Made by a program: the position numbers and the translations under genes. Below, in pieces: positions 36,901-46,394 of a stretch of 64,000 nt of DNA. The stretch spans positions 33,705 through 97,704 of the IMG/VR virus record IMGVR_UViG_3300009164_000047, one strand, 5' to 3'. The notes below the pieces were generated by a model, which worked only from the letters and a program-made list of their open reading frames with translations, ran no database searches and was not told the DNA's origin. Origin of the DNA: a virus. Position 1 is the stretch's first letter. Each line of letters begins with the position of its first letter.

Positions 36901-39297
36901 AAAAAGAACACCTGCTGCCACAAAACTCGTTGGATTTACATATGCTTCAATAGTAAAATCACCCGTCAAAGCAAAATTAGCATTGGCTGGTGTAGTTATG
37001 CGTTGCGTTGACCCGTTAAATCCAACTCTCCAACTAATCTCTCTTCCTGTTGGAGTGGTATAATGTAATAGTAACCCTCTATCTTTTCCGTCGTTAACAA
37101 TAAGAGATGCTCCACTAGCCCCGCCGCCCATTTCAAAGATTGGGTCAACTAATCTTGTAGTTGTTGTATTGATAGTAGTAGTTGTACCGCTAACAGTTAA
37201 ATTACCGGACAATGTTAAGTCAGTGGCATTTAGTTTTGATGCATTTAATTGTCCAGTAGCTGAATCAAATGATATATTGGTGTTTGCCTGTAATGCATAA
37301 TTGCCGGCTGCACCACCATTAACAAATACTGGATAGAATGTACCTGTTGCCGGCGAAACAGTAACTGCCCCGTAGTCACTTACGTTAGCATATGCTACGT
37401 TTAAATTATTAACACGTGTAGTGCTTGTAACACTTATTGGGACAGTACCGATAGCTACGCTAGATATTAATGAACCACTAGTAGTTAGATTACCAGAACC
37501 GGCATCAACTGTTAGTTTGCTAGTTGTGTATTCTTTTTGACCACCGGTCTCACTGCTAACTAGTGTTGGATAATATGATCCTGAAGTAGCAGAAGAAATA
37601 GTAACGTAATCAGATAGATTGGCATGCAAGTTAGCTACTACTGCTTTACTAGTAACAACTAATGGAGGAGTACCGGGAGCAACTCCTTCAGCTATAGTTG
37701 AAGTTAATTGACCGGTTACAGTTACATTACTTGCAGATAATGTACCATTTAATGCATTAAATGACAAATTAGAGTTAGACAACAATCCGTAACTACTAGC
37801 AGCACTACCTTTTACAAATGTCAAATAGTTTGTATCAGTAGATGATGTTGAGACAGTGCTATAGTCAGATAAATTAGCATGTAAGTTAGTTACTACTGTT
37901 TTACTTGTAACATCAAATGGAGCTGTTCCATCAATAGCAGTAGATACAAATTTATTTGGTGTTATAATATCGCCATTAAAATAACTATTACCGTTTTCTA
38001 CACGCAATGCATATGCATTTCCTATTGTAATAACGTTGGTCCCTCTAATAGGTGGACCTTTGATTAAGAAAGTAGAAGCATTTGTGAAAGTTACACCTGT
38101 ATTACTTGTCGCTAGAGTTGGTTGACCAATTGCATGAACTGCGGCATTAACTATGGTAGAAGTTTCTGGTGCTACATTATCTGTATATATACTTGAAATT
38201 ACTCTTAACCCTAAGTTACCAGTGACTGTACTTATGTTAGCATTACCTGATATCTCACCGGAAACAGTTATGTGGTTAGCCCTTAATCCAAATAATCCTA
38301 TTATTGAACCATTAGTCCCCGTACCTACAATAAGGTTACCACCTTTATCAATACTAAACTTACTTGATGTTGTCCCACCACTAGTTACTTGTAAATCAAT
38401 TAATTTACTAGTTGAAGAACTTCCGGTGTCAATTATATTTTCTAGTATACCTGTAAAGGTAGAACTTACGTTATTCCAAGTTTGAGTTAATGAAACAGGT
38501 GCATTTGTAGTAATTATCCCGCTATTGATATTTGCATAACCTGCAATATTTACACCAGTGCTATTGAATGTAGCAACTGATGGTGTACCTGCAACTCCCA
38601 CTGTAACCGGACCGTTTACAGAAGATATTGCAACATTACTTGTACCATTAAGAATTCGTGTAGCATCTAATGGTGCCCATTCTAACAAACCGCCACTATA
38701 GCTATACACAGTTGCAGGCGTGCCGTGACCGGCAGCAATTGAGTTTAATTGACCTCTAAGGCAACCAGTAAATGTTGTTGCAGTGACTCCGGTATACTCA
38801 ATGACTTCATTATCAATAATAATGTAACCTAAAGTAGGGAATCCAGCTGTGCTTACTACTGTTATTGTTGTGTCAGTTGTTTGTACTTGTGCAGTGATAG
38901 CAGTAGATGCTGCCGCCGTTGCTAGTTTTAAAAATTGTCCACTAGTACCGCCATATACTTTAATGTTACTGACATTACCCAAGAATACATTAGAACCAGG
39001 CAACCCAACCAGTAGACTACCAGAACTAATTAAATTACCGGAAACATTTTGTGAACCTTTAACTACCGTCCCGGCTGCTGTGACAGTTAATACATCATCT
39101 ACACCACCTGCGCTAGTAGTCACTGGACCATTGAGGGTATTAATAGCAACATTACTGGTTCCGCTAGATATTTTAGTCGGATCAACCTGTTTTGAGTCAA
39201 CATAGGCTTTGCTTGCCGCATCTTGTGCGTCAGTTGGATCTGCTAAGTTTTTAAGTTGCAGTGGAGTGGGTAATGTTACTGTTCCGTATGTTGCCAT
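33958..39297 (-). CDS. Long tail fibre/adhesin with inserted LamG and SUEL-like lectin domains
   Basis: ADPTDAQDAASKAYVD fibre motif, APF.VTS.T.V.NL repeats, LamG motifs, and ASYG...FGD lectin motif. Confidence 0.8.
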   Translation of the reverse strand: MATYGTVTLPTPLQLKNLADPTDAQDAASKAYVDSKQVDPTKISSGTSNVAINTLNGPVTTSAGGVDDVLTVTAAGTVVKGSQNVSGNLISSGSLLVGLPGSNVFLGNVSNIKVYGGTSGQFLKLATAAASTAITAQVQTTDTTITVVSTAGFPTLGYIIIDNEVIEYTGVTATTFTGCLRGQLNSIAAGHGTPATVYSYSGGLLEWAPLDATRILNGTSNVAISSVNGPVTVGVAGTPSVATFNSTGVNIAGYANINSGIITTNAPVSLTQTWNNVSSTFTGILENIIDTGSSSTSKLIDLQVTSGGTTSSKFSIDKGGNLIVGTGTNGSIIGLFGLRANHITVSGEISGNANISTVTGNLGLRVISSIYTDNVAPETSTIVNAAVHAIGQPTLATSNTGVTFTNASTFLIKGPPIRGTNVITIGNAYALRVENGNSYFNGDIITPNKFVSTAIDGTAPFDVTSKTVVTNLHANLSDYSTVSTSSTDTNYLTFVKGSAASSYGLLSNSNLSFNALNGTLSASNVTVTGQLTSTIAEGVAPGTPPLVVTSKAVVANLHANLSDYVTISSATSGSYYPTLVSSETGGQKEYTTSKLTVDAGSGNLTTSGSLISSVAIGTVPISVTSTTRVNNLNVAYANVSDYGAVTVSPATGTFYPVFVNGGAAGNYALQANTNISFDSATGQLNASKLNATDLTLSGNLTVSGTTTTINTTTTRLVDPIFEMGGGASGASLIVNDGKDRGLLLHYTTPTGREISWRVGFNGSTQRITTPANANFALTGDFTIEAYVNPTSFVAAGVLFSQGAGASAFSIGIHTNGKPFVSFGIVNTTLNVPEGTNTTITAPSGTVLTSVLLASYGTSGSGTMPNFVAGATISPFSVSKTEETFVGKSTATIIAANSGYNAIFGDYATGTKYYSAVLSFGLFSSIAIVAGEWSHIAVSRIGSTVTIYINGVAAGSTTYSSAVGSSAITWNTFGASYQSALVNTLYYNGSISNFRLIKNQGIFIGAFNPGLTVLNNTTVGSTGSVVTSITGTVALLTFQSASIVDNSTTPVAFTLFNNPTVDQTGPVLSSGSFLIADAFIGYKTYTNEFVFANIVTTTNEVVTITSYGNIRANNYIGNGAALTNISKPTDVHYIGTTSIALNRTSANQTLTGVSINGTAFTANIAGGVTGGVVYQSGPNVSTTSAAGTNGQILQSTGVAIQWTNLDKISNGTSNINIIADAGNVNTVVGGTLISTVGSSGITIIGNVNANNAIISTGTLSTASNPAIQVSQTWNNTSIAFTGIYSNIIDLTSSATSKLIDLQVTSGGTTSSKFSVDKGGNITATSFNGQFSNGTSYLAILNNSNVYSVVNDVVILSVGSTGATVNGNLFANVANISTGTLSTASNPAIQVSQTWNNSSVIFTGIYTNIINTASSSSSLLMDLRVGGLSKFRIDTSGNVYSGVVFPSSINFTASQGTTPFTVLTTTKVANLNADLVDGYSTSVTSLANTIVVRDPLGNIAGNNITGIIATGIQPSITSIGSLTGLTVSNATGIVNFTTTANVSLGAVANLKITGGTDGQFLKTDGSGGLSWATSSSTFYVGTTALTTNRTSATQALTGITSIDGSAATLTTARLINGVSFNGSQDITVPLSTTGNITSGNITTTGLANIGTTLTVNGITTLQGIAEVLTTPTVGTYNLNTGTIFYHASVGSNFQAAFANVPGVGIGLSRVVTATIVIAQGSTTAYTPTSVTINGGSAVTVKWFGGVVPTGTTSAVDYFSFSIFVVSGAVTQVTGTYASYNS

Positions 39298-39298
39298 G

Positions 39299-42200
39299 TT
39301 ATGTTACCGTATATAATAATGTTGGTTGATTAAAATTCGTAAACCCATACAAATTGTATGATTGTCCTGAAATTGTAATGACTGTGGGTCCTACTGCCGG
39401 TGGTATTTGTCCTTGACCCAAACTAGTAGTAATAGCCCATGTATGTGCAGTAGTTCCCGGAGTCGCCATCCATAAGTAGCTTGCTGTTGCACTTGGTGTA
39501 TTAGTGCCGTCACCTAAGGCATATGCTTTGGCTAAATATGAATCACTAATTGTAAGCGTAGGGGGTGTACTTGTTGTAGTTGTTTTATAGAATAACGGAG
39601 TATAACTTGTAGCTGCCGTAACTGTTGCAGTTTTAGAAAGAGTTATTGTAGCCCCACCGTTTGTTCCTGTGCCACTATAATCAGTAGTTGTTATTGTATA
39701 GCTTACTGTACTGTTTATTGACCCACTAGATCCACTTGTATTACCTATAGTCGTTAAATCAACAACTGGTGTACCAGCCACAGTAGGCACATATCTAACA
39801 TTACCTGATACAACTGTACCAGTAACCGGAGTCATATTCCAATTGAATACCTGTGTAGTAGCCCAATAAGGAATTGAAGAACTTGGAAATCCTCCTGATA
39901 AACTAACATTAAATGGTATTGCTGATATGTTTGTCAATGCTGTTCCTGTTGCCGTATATGAACCTCTGGTTGTAGTTAAGTTAATAGAAACTGTATTAGA
40001 AGCGTTAGTTTGTACTGCACCACCACCGCTAATGCTATTTAGTAGTGTACTGGTAATGGTAATAGTTCCTCCTGTACCACTGATGCCTAAACCAGTGATG
40101 TTTGTTCCGGTAATTGCAATGCCACCGATAACAATAGTATCTGACACAGTAACTGCAAAAGTAGCATTTACTAATGTAATTACTAAAGAAATATTTTGAG
40201 TATTGATTACGTTAGACGGGTCACTCACAGCAACAAATGATGTATATGCATTCTTACTAGTACCACCACTAGCCCAACTACTAGAAACTCCTAGTGTCAC
40301 CGGTCCTAATTGATTAATTGTAAACTTACCTGATGGATATGTTGCATTTGTAAAGTCAGTAACAATTTCAAGACCAGAACCAACTGTGAAATTGTTTATT
40401 GTTGTTGTTATATTTGCTTTTGGTTTAGCAAATGTTAGAACGCCTGCACCATCAGTTTGTACGAAGTCTCCTGATGTACCACCAGAGATATGTAAATTAG
40501 CAACTCCACCTAAGTGTACGTTAGCTGTTTTGATGAAGTTAACATTACCTGATCCAGCGGCAAACCCGCTATTTTCAACTTTCAAATCAATTGATGTAAC
40601 TATACCATTTGCATTAACACCTGAACTGTCAATGAATGTGTTTGCTGAGGCGCCACCGACAGTTAGTGTAGTTAATCTACCTGTACTTGTGATGTTTGGT
40701 TGTGCGGCTGTTGTTAATGTACCGGCAATTTTAGATGCACTTAATGTACCGGTACCAACATTAAAAGATAATGTAGAGTTTCCGGATAATTGATAATTAC
40801 CATCAGATGCACTACTACTTAATACTGGATAGAATGTTCCAGTTGTTATGTCCTTTACAAATGAATAATCACTTACATTTGAATAATCAACATTTAGATT
40901 AGCAACACGTGTTGTGCTTAAGACTGTAAACGGTGCTGTACCATCTGATACGTTAGCAAACATTGTCGGGGCTCTAACAGTGCCGGTAACAAACGCATTA
41001 CCTGCACTAAGATTAGCAGTAATGTTGGCATTTGCAGTAAAGATGCCTGTACTTGTTATTACTACAGAATTGGTTGTACCGTTTATACTTACTGCAACGT
41101 TATCATTTTCGTAGATAGAAATGTTGCTAGTACCATTTTTAAGACTAGATGTATCAATGCCAGTTAGTTTACTACCGTCGCCTATAAAATAGTATCCGGT
41201 AGTAATAGATATATTTCCACTTGTTGTTATAGTACCATTGCCGTGTGTAGCAAAATTTGTAGTATTACCAACTACAAGATTAGCTAACTTACCAATAGAA
41301 GTAATGTTAGGTTGACTTGTTGTTGTTAGTGTGCCAGTAATATAATTTGCAGTTACTAAATTACCTAAATTAGCATTACCTGCTTTAATGTTACCTAAGT
41401 TAACAATTGTTGCGATATTAGTTGCAATAGTTGCTTTGCTTGCAAATACAAATTCTTTTGCTGAATTCTTCCAGCCCATAAATGCATTAGTTTGGCTTGC
41501 AGTACTTGTATCATAATAATGCATGATAGTACCGCGGTCATACCCATCATTAGTAGTTAATGTTCCATTTAAGTTTCCACCCATTTCAATTAATGGGTCT
41601 TGCACTACTAATCCAGTAACATTAGCAGTTATAGTGTCACCGGATACTGTTAAGTTACCGGTGATTGTTATATCTTGTGTAGTGGTTAGTCCTGCAACAT
41701 CTAAACTTGTTAGTGTTCCCAAACTAGTAATAGTAGGTTGAGACGCATTAGTAACTGTGTCAGCAGTTGTAGCAGTAGTTGCACTTGCAACAGTACCAGT
41801 AACATTGCTACCCACAATATCTGATAGATAATAACCGTTACCTTTAAAGTAGTTACTAGTTACACTATTGCCTAAGCTTGACTCAACCGTTGCTCCGGTT
41901 GTTAATGATGTAAGAGTACCTACATTAGAAATATTGGGTTGATTACTTGCACTAACAGTAAATCTACCAAGGAAGTAGTTTGAGGTTACACTATTACCTA
42001 AAGTAGCATTAACTGTTCCTATAGTTGCCAATGATACTAATGTTCCGAAACTTGTTATATTTGGTTGACTGCTTGCTATAACATTGCCAGCAAGATTTGC
42101 AGTACCTGCTAAAGGAACATATCCGGTAACATTAGCACCGGTTAGATTTGCTAATGAATTACCATTACCAATGAAATAGTTTGCTCTTACTCTATCGCCC

Positions 42201-45200
42201 AAGTTTGCATTAGCAGATATAATTGTATCTTTGATTGTAAGATTTGAACCACCAAACAATGCAACATTAGCTGTACCAGAAATAGATACTGTGATGTTTC
42301 CATCAGCTTCAACTTTTACATTGCTAGTATTGTTGTCGTCTTTAATTTCTGTTGGTCTAGGTAATCCAGTAAGATAAACACCGTTACCGCTAAAATAATT
42401 AGCAGTTACTAAGTTACCTAAATTAGCATTACCTGAATTAATATTAGCAGATACATTTAATGAACTAAGTGTACCAAGACTTGTAATATATGGCTGGTAA
42501 GCATATGTTATTGTACCTGCAACATTACTGGCAGTAATATCTTTAGCCCAAACATTACCCTTCTTGTCAACCTTAAATACGTTTAAACCATTAACATTAA
42601 ACTCTGCTAGTAGTGATGTTGGATCACTAGCAGTATCAATAATTTCTTGTTGGAAAGAAGTAAAACTAACTAAGCTATTATTCCATTCTTCATTTATTGA
42701 AAGTGGTTGATCTGTTGTTGTTACGCCTTTGTCTAGATTAAATGTAGTAGTGGTTAGTCCACCTTGAGAAATTGTAGTACCACCAACAGTTAAATCACCG
42801 TCAATAAGAGCATCTCCTCCTACATGTAATGTTGTAAGTGTTCCTGTGCTTGTGATGTTTGGTTGTGCGGCTGTTGTTACAGTACCTGCTTTAGTTGCAA
42901 GCGCAACGGTTCCATCTACATTACTACCTTGTATGTTTGCAAGATAATATGCATTGCCTAGATAGTAATTAGATTCTACTGAGTTACCTAGATTAGCGTC
43001 CTGCGAAAAGAATTTGCCAATCGTAGTTAATGATTTGGTTAATGAGTTATATTGGAAATCACTATCAGAACCAATCACACCTTGTTTATTGAATAAAATT
43101 TCTGAATTTGATCCGGGTGAAACAAATGTACCAGAAATAGTACCATTAATAGTAGTTGCAGACAAACCACCTTGAGAAATTGTAGTACCGCCCACATATA
43201 AATTGCCATCTACATTTGCATCGCCTGAAACATGTAAATTAGTTAAGACACCTAGACTAGTAATTTCGGGTTGTGCATGAGTGTAGACTGTACCTGCAAC
43301 CAATGCATTGGACACTTGACCAACTACATTACTACCCGATACATTATTGGCTGAGGCAGCATTAGCTACTTGACCAACAATCTTAGAACCAAGATACCCA
43401 TCAGAATCACGTATGTTTGCTCTTACCCATCCGGCATCTACATAATTATCAATGTCAATATTAGCGGCTACGATAAGCCCGGCAACATTTAATGAAACCA
43501 ATGTACCTGTGCTTGTAATGTTTGGTTGTGCGCTGTTAATGACTGTGTTTGCTCTGTCAGCAACACCAAAGATATTATTTGCAGTAATGATGTTAGCTAA
43601 GAAATTGCTATTAGCATCACGTTGTACAATGGTGTTGGCTATATCTAATGTTGTAGGTGCATAACCCTGTAACAATTCAACGTTCAGATTTGCAACCATC
43701 AACGTACTTGTTACAGTGAACGGTGGATTGCCACCGGACCTAATAGTACCTGCTATAGACTGTGAACCTATAACTGTTTTTAAATATGAAACGCTATTTA
43801 CTGTTCCTACAGTAACTGTGTATGTACCGTTGTATTGTGTTGGTGTCACGCCCGTAACTGTAATTAATCCACCAGCATTAAACGGTGGAACTGTTTGGTC
43901 AGCAAAAGTTAAAGTAGATACCCCGCCGGTACTAGTTGCAGTTAAAGTTACAAATGTGGTATTCGTTGCAGTAGTGTCACTTGATACACCACCTGATGCA
44001 ACAACTGCACCACTAACAATGATACCGTTTGAACTAGTAGCAGTAATGATTGTGTTACCAAGACGAATAGTATTACCTGCAAGATATAAATCTCGCCAGT
44101 GATTATCAGTAGTACCAATGTCTTCCTCCATGTTTCCGGTAGGAATTAATGGTCCTCTGATTCTTACATTTGTTGTAGTGTCAATGATTGTATTTCTAAA
44201 TATTGCATCACCGCCATCTAATGTCAATGAATTTAATGTACCGACACTGATAATATTGGGTTGATAACCCGATCCAGCAGTTAACGTTCCTGCTATGTTA
44301 GGTGCTGATATAGTTGCAACAACACTCAAATTATTGGATCTAATATTACCAAGAACAGTTAAGTTAGCCGGTCTACCTGTGCTGCCTTCAGTAAATGTGA
44401 TGTTAGCACTTGCACCTACATTACCTGTTTTATTAAAAAGAACTTGTTTATCTGAACCAGGCGCAGTCAATGTACCTGAAATATTACCGTTGACATTACC
44501 GGTGAATGACGGTGCAGTAATCCCACCTGCACCAATAGTTGTTCCACCTATATATAGATTACCGGCAATATTTGAATCACCTAAAACACGTAAACTAGTT
44601 AGATTTCCTACTGATGTAATGTTTGGTTGTGCGTTTGTTGTTAGTGTTCCCGTAATATAATTGGCAGTAGCTAAGTTACCTAAATTAGCATTGCCACTTG
44701 CAATATTTCCTGTAACTGTTAGACTGTCTAATGTACCAACACTTGTAATACCTGTTTGTGGACCTGATGTTAAATTACCAGTAAAGTAATTAGCAACAAC
44801 TGCATTGCCTAAGTTAGCATTTCTTGATTGTACGTTCCCGGTAACTGTTAATAAATTGCCATCAAAGAATAGATTACTAAAACTACCAATGTTACCGGCT
44901 TTGTTTACTAATATCTGTGTGTTGGCAGTTGAGTTTGGTGCATTGTAAATGTTTGCGTTTGCAAACGCAACTTTGATATTACCGGCAACTATGTTACCTG
45001 TAACACTTAAACTAGTTAGTGTACCAACTGAAGTGATATTGGGTTGTGCGGCTGTTGTTAAATTACCTGTTAAACTGGTTGCACTTATTGTACTAGTAGC
45101 AGTAATGTTACCTATAACTGCAAGTGTATTACTGTTTGTAAATGTTAGATTGGCGTCACCGTCAATATTGCCGGCTTTGTTTAGCAATATTTGATTATTT

Positions 45201-45772
45201 GCACCCGGTGCCGCATATGCACTTGCACTAACTCTACCATCGGAAATAACAGTACCGCCGATATGTAGATTACCTTGAAGGTCTGTGTTTCCGTATACAG
45301 TCAAGTTTCCGGTAACTTCTAAGTTACTTAGTGCACCAACTGTAGTGATATTTGGTTGATTATTTGCATTTGCATTCAATACTAGATTAGCATAATCAAC
45401 CGAAAGTGTGTTAGAAGCTTTGTCAAAGGCAAAATTAGCTACACCACCTAAGGTAGTACCTTCATCATTGAATTGAACAAATGTGTTGGATCCACCGGGG
45501 TTCAGTACTGCCTCTGTCTGCCAACTTAAATTTCCATAACCATCAGTTTGTATTACTTGTCCAGGAACTCCGCCTGAAATTTGTATATTTGCAATATCTC
45601 CTAGAGTTGCACGTTCCAATACTGTTAGTTTGGTTATAACGGTTTCATCAGTGGTGACGGCTGATGAAACATATCCAATACGGTCCCACGTTTGGTTAGT
45701 TGCATTATACGAATATAAAAGACCGTTTACGGTTACTTGTTGTCCGTTTAGTGGATTGGCTGGCCAACTCAT
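39299..45772 (-). CDS. Long tail fibre-like protein
   Basis: 2157 aa with many QPNITS[VT]GTL..L.V and GNANLGN repeats. AAGGA RBS and late motif upstream. Confidence 0.8.
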   Translation of the reverse strand: MSWPANPLNGQQVTVNGLLYSYNATNQTWDRIGYVSSAVTTDETVITKLTVLERATLGDIANIQISGGVPGQVIQTDGYGNLSWQTEAVLNPGGSNTFVQFNDEGTTLGGVANFAFDKASNTLSVDYANLVLNANANNQPNITTVGALSNLEVTGNLTVYGNTDLQGNLHIGGTVISDGRVSASAYAAPGANNQILLNKAGNIDGDANLTFTNSNTLAVIGNITATSTISATSLTGNLTTAAQPNITSVGTLTSLSVTGNIVAGNIKVAFANANIYNAPNSTANTQILVNKAGNIGSFSNLFFDGNLLTVTGNVQSRNANLGNAVVANYFTGNLTSGPQTGITSVGTLDSLTVTGNIASGNANLGNLATANYITGTLTTNAQPNITSVGNLTSLRVLGDSNIAGNLYIGGTTIGAGGITAPSFTGNVNGNISGTLTAPGSDKQVLFNKTGNVGASANITFTEGSTGRPANLTVLGNIRSNNLSVVATISAPNIAGTLTAGSGYQPNIISVGTLNSLTLDGGDAIFRNTIIDTTTNVRIRGPLIPTGNMEEDIGTTDNHWRDLYLAGNTIRLGNTIITATSSNGIIVSGAVVASGGVSSDTTATNTTFVTLTATSTGGVSTLTFADQTVPPFNAGGLITVTGVTPTQYNGTYTVTVGTVNSVSYLKTVIGSQSIAGTIRSGGNPPFTVTSTLMVANLNVELLQGYAPTTLDIANTIVQRDANSNFLANIITANNIFGVADRANTVINSAQPNITSTGTLVSLNVAGLIVAANIDIDNYVDAGWVRANIRDSDGYLGSKIVGQVANAASANNVSGSNVVGQVSNALVAGTVYTHAQPEITSLGVLTNLHVSGDANVDGNLYVGGTTISQGGLSATTINGTISGTFVSPGSNSEILFNKQGVIGSDSDFQYNSLTKSLTTIGKFFSQDANLGNSVESNYYLGNAYYLANIQGSNVDGTVALATKAGTVTTAAQPNITSTGTLTTLHVGGDALIDGDLTVGGTTISQGGLTTTTFNLDKGVTTTDQPLSINEEWNNSLVSFTSFQQEIIDTASDPTSLLAEFNVNGLNVFKVDKKGNVWAKDITASNVAGTITYAYQPYITSLGTLSSLNVSANINSGNANLGNLVTANYFSGNGVYLTGLPRPTEIKDDNNTSNVKVEADGNITVSISGTANVALFGGSNLTIKDTIISANANLGDRVRANYFIGNGNSLANLTGANVTGYVPLAGTANLAGNVIASSQPNITSFGTLVSLATIGTVNATLGNSVTSNYFLGRFTVSASNQPNISNVGTLTSLTTGATVESSLGNSVTSNYFKGNGYYLSDIVGSNVTGTVASATTATTADTVTNASQPTITSLGTLTSLDVAGLTTTQDITITGNLTVSGDTITANVTGLVVQDPLIEMGGNLNGTLTTNDGYDRGTIMHYYDTSTASQTNAFMGWKNSAKEFVFASKATIATNIATIVNLGNIKAGNANLGNLVTANYITGTLTTTSQPNITSIGKLANLVVGNTTNFATHGNGTITTSGNISITTGYYFIGDGSKLTGIDTSSLKNGTSNISIYENDNVAVSINGTTNSVVITSTGIFTANANITANLSAGNAFVTGTVRAPTMFANVSDGTAPFTVLSTTRVANLNVDYSNVSDYSFVKDITTGTFYPVLSSSASDGNYQLSGNSTLSFNVGTGTLSASKIAGTLTTAAQPNITSTGRLTTLTVGGASANTFIDSSGVNANGIVTSIDLKVENSGFAAGSGNVNFIKTANVHLGGVANLHISGGTSGDFVQTDGAGVLTFAKPKANITTTINNFTVGSGLEIVTDFTNATYPSGKFTINQLGPVTLGVSSSWASGGTSKNAYTSFVAVSDPSNVINTQNISLVITLVNATFAVTVSDTIVIGGIAITGTNITGLGISGTGGTITITSTLLNSISGGGAVQTNASNTVSINLTTTRGSYTATGTALTNISAIPFNVSLSGGFPSSSIPYWATTQVFNWNMTPVTGTVVSGNVRYVPTVAGTPVVDLTTIGNTSGSSGSINSTVSYTITTTDYSGTGTNGGATITLSKTATVTAATSYTPLFYKTTTTSTPPTLTISDSYLAKAYALGDGTNTPSATASYLWMATPGTTAHTWAITTSLGQGQIPPAVGPTVITISGQSYNLYGFTNFNQPTLLYTVT

Positions 45773-45828
45773 TCAGAATTCCTTTTTATACTGTATTTAT
45801 TCATTTTAAAAGTATCTGTTCCGTCAGG

Positions 45829-45857
45829 TTGACAGTAAATGGACTATCTGCTATACT
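45829..45857 (+). promoter_or_regulatory. Sigma70 (early) promoter
   Basis: TTGACA-N17-TATACT with extended TG. Confidence 0.85.
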
Positions 45858-45863
45858 TACAGC

Positions 45864-46325
45864 ATGGAAATCAAAATCTTAGCACACGGAAACACTAGTC
45901 CTGAGAAGGTCCAAATGTTTCAAAAGACTGCCAAATTTTATGCAAAATACTTAAATATTTTAGATTTTAAGTATAAAGTATACATTTGTATAGCCCCTAA
46001 ACTGCGTCAAAGAGACGGTAACAACGGGGTCTGCGCTAAGACCGGCGACAAAGAAATCAGTATAGCAGTGGATAGTGCTTTAGCATTACCGCAAATGCTG
46101 ATGACACTTGCCCACGAAATGGTTCACGCCAAGCAGTATGTTCGTGGTCAGTATCGTGGTGAAATATCACGCAACGGTAAGGCAAAACGGATTTGGTTAG
46201 GGAAACAATATACCGTAACATATCTCAAGCGCCCTTGGGAACGTGAAGCCTTTCGCCGTGAAGGTGAATTGGCATGTGCATTGCTAGATAATGTTATCCA
46301 AAAAGCAAAAAGACGTAAAAAATGA
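45864..46325 (+). CDS. Zn metallopeptidase-like protein (HExxH)
   Basis: TLAHEMVHAKQ...PWEREA. Confidence 0.8.
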   Translation: MEIKILAHGNTSPEKVQMFQKTAKFYAKYLNILDFKYKVYICIAPKLRQRDGNNGVCAKTGDKEISIAVDSALALPQMLMTLAHEMVHAKQYVRGQYRGEISRNGKAKRIWLGKQYTVTYLKRPWEREAFRREGELACALLDNVIQKAKRRKK

Positions 46326-46354
46326 TTGACAGTAAATACGTTTACTGTTATACT
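46326..46354 (+). promoter_or_regulatory. Sigma70 promoter with internal palindrome
   Basis: TTGACA-N17-TATACT; ACAGTAAA-tacg-TTTACTGT. Confidence 0.85.
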
Positions 46355-46394
46355 ATGTTTTCTGTATCAATAAGCCATCAACAAGGAGTCAACA

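Noticed and set aside
26747-45194. Many plus-strand ORFs (up to 306 aa, Val/Leu/Pro-rich) opposite the fibre genes
   Set aside because: These are antisense shadows of Thr/Asn/Gly-rich codons. They have no RBS or promoter and mirror the repeats of the real genes.
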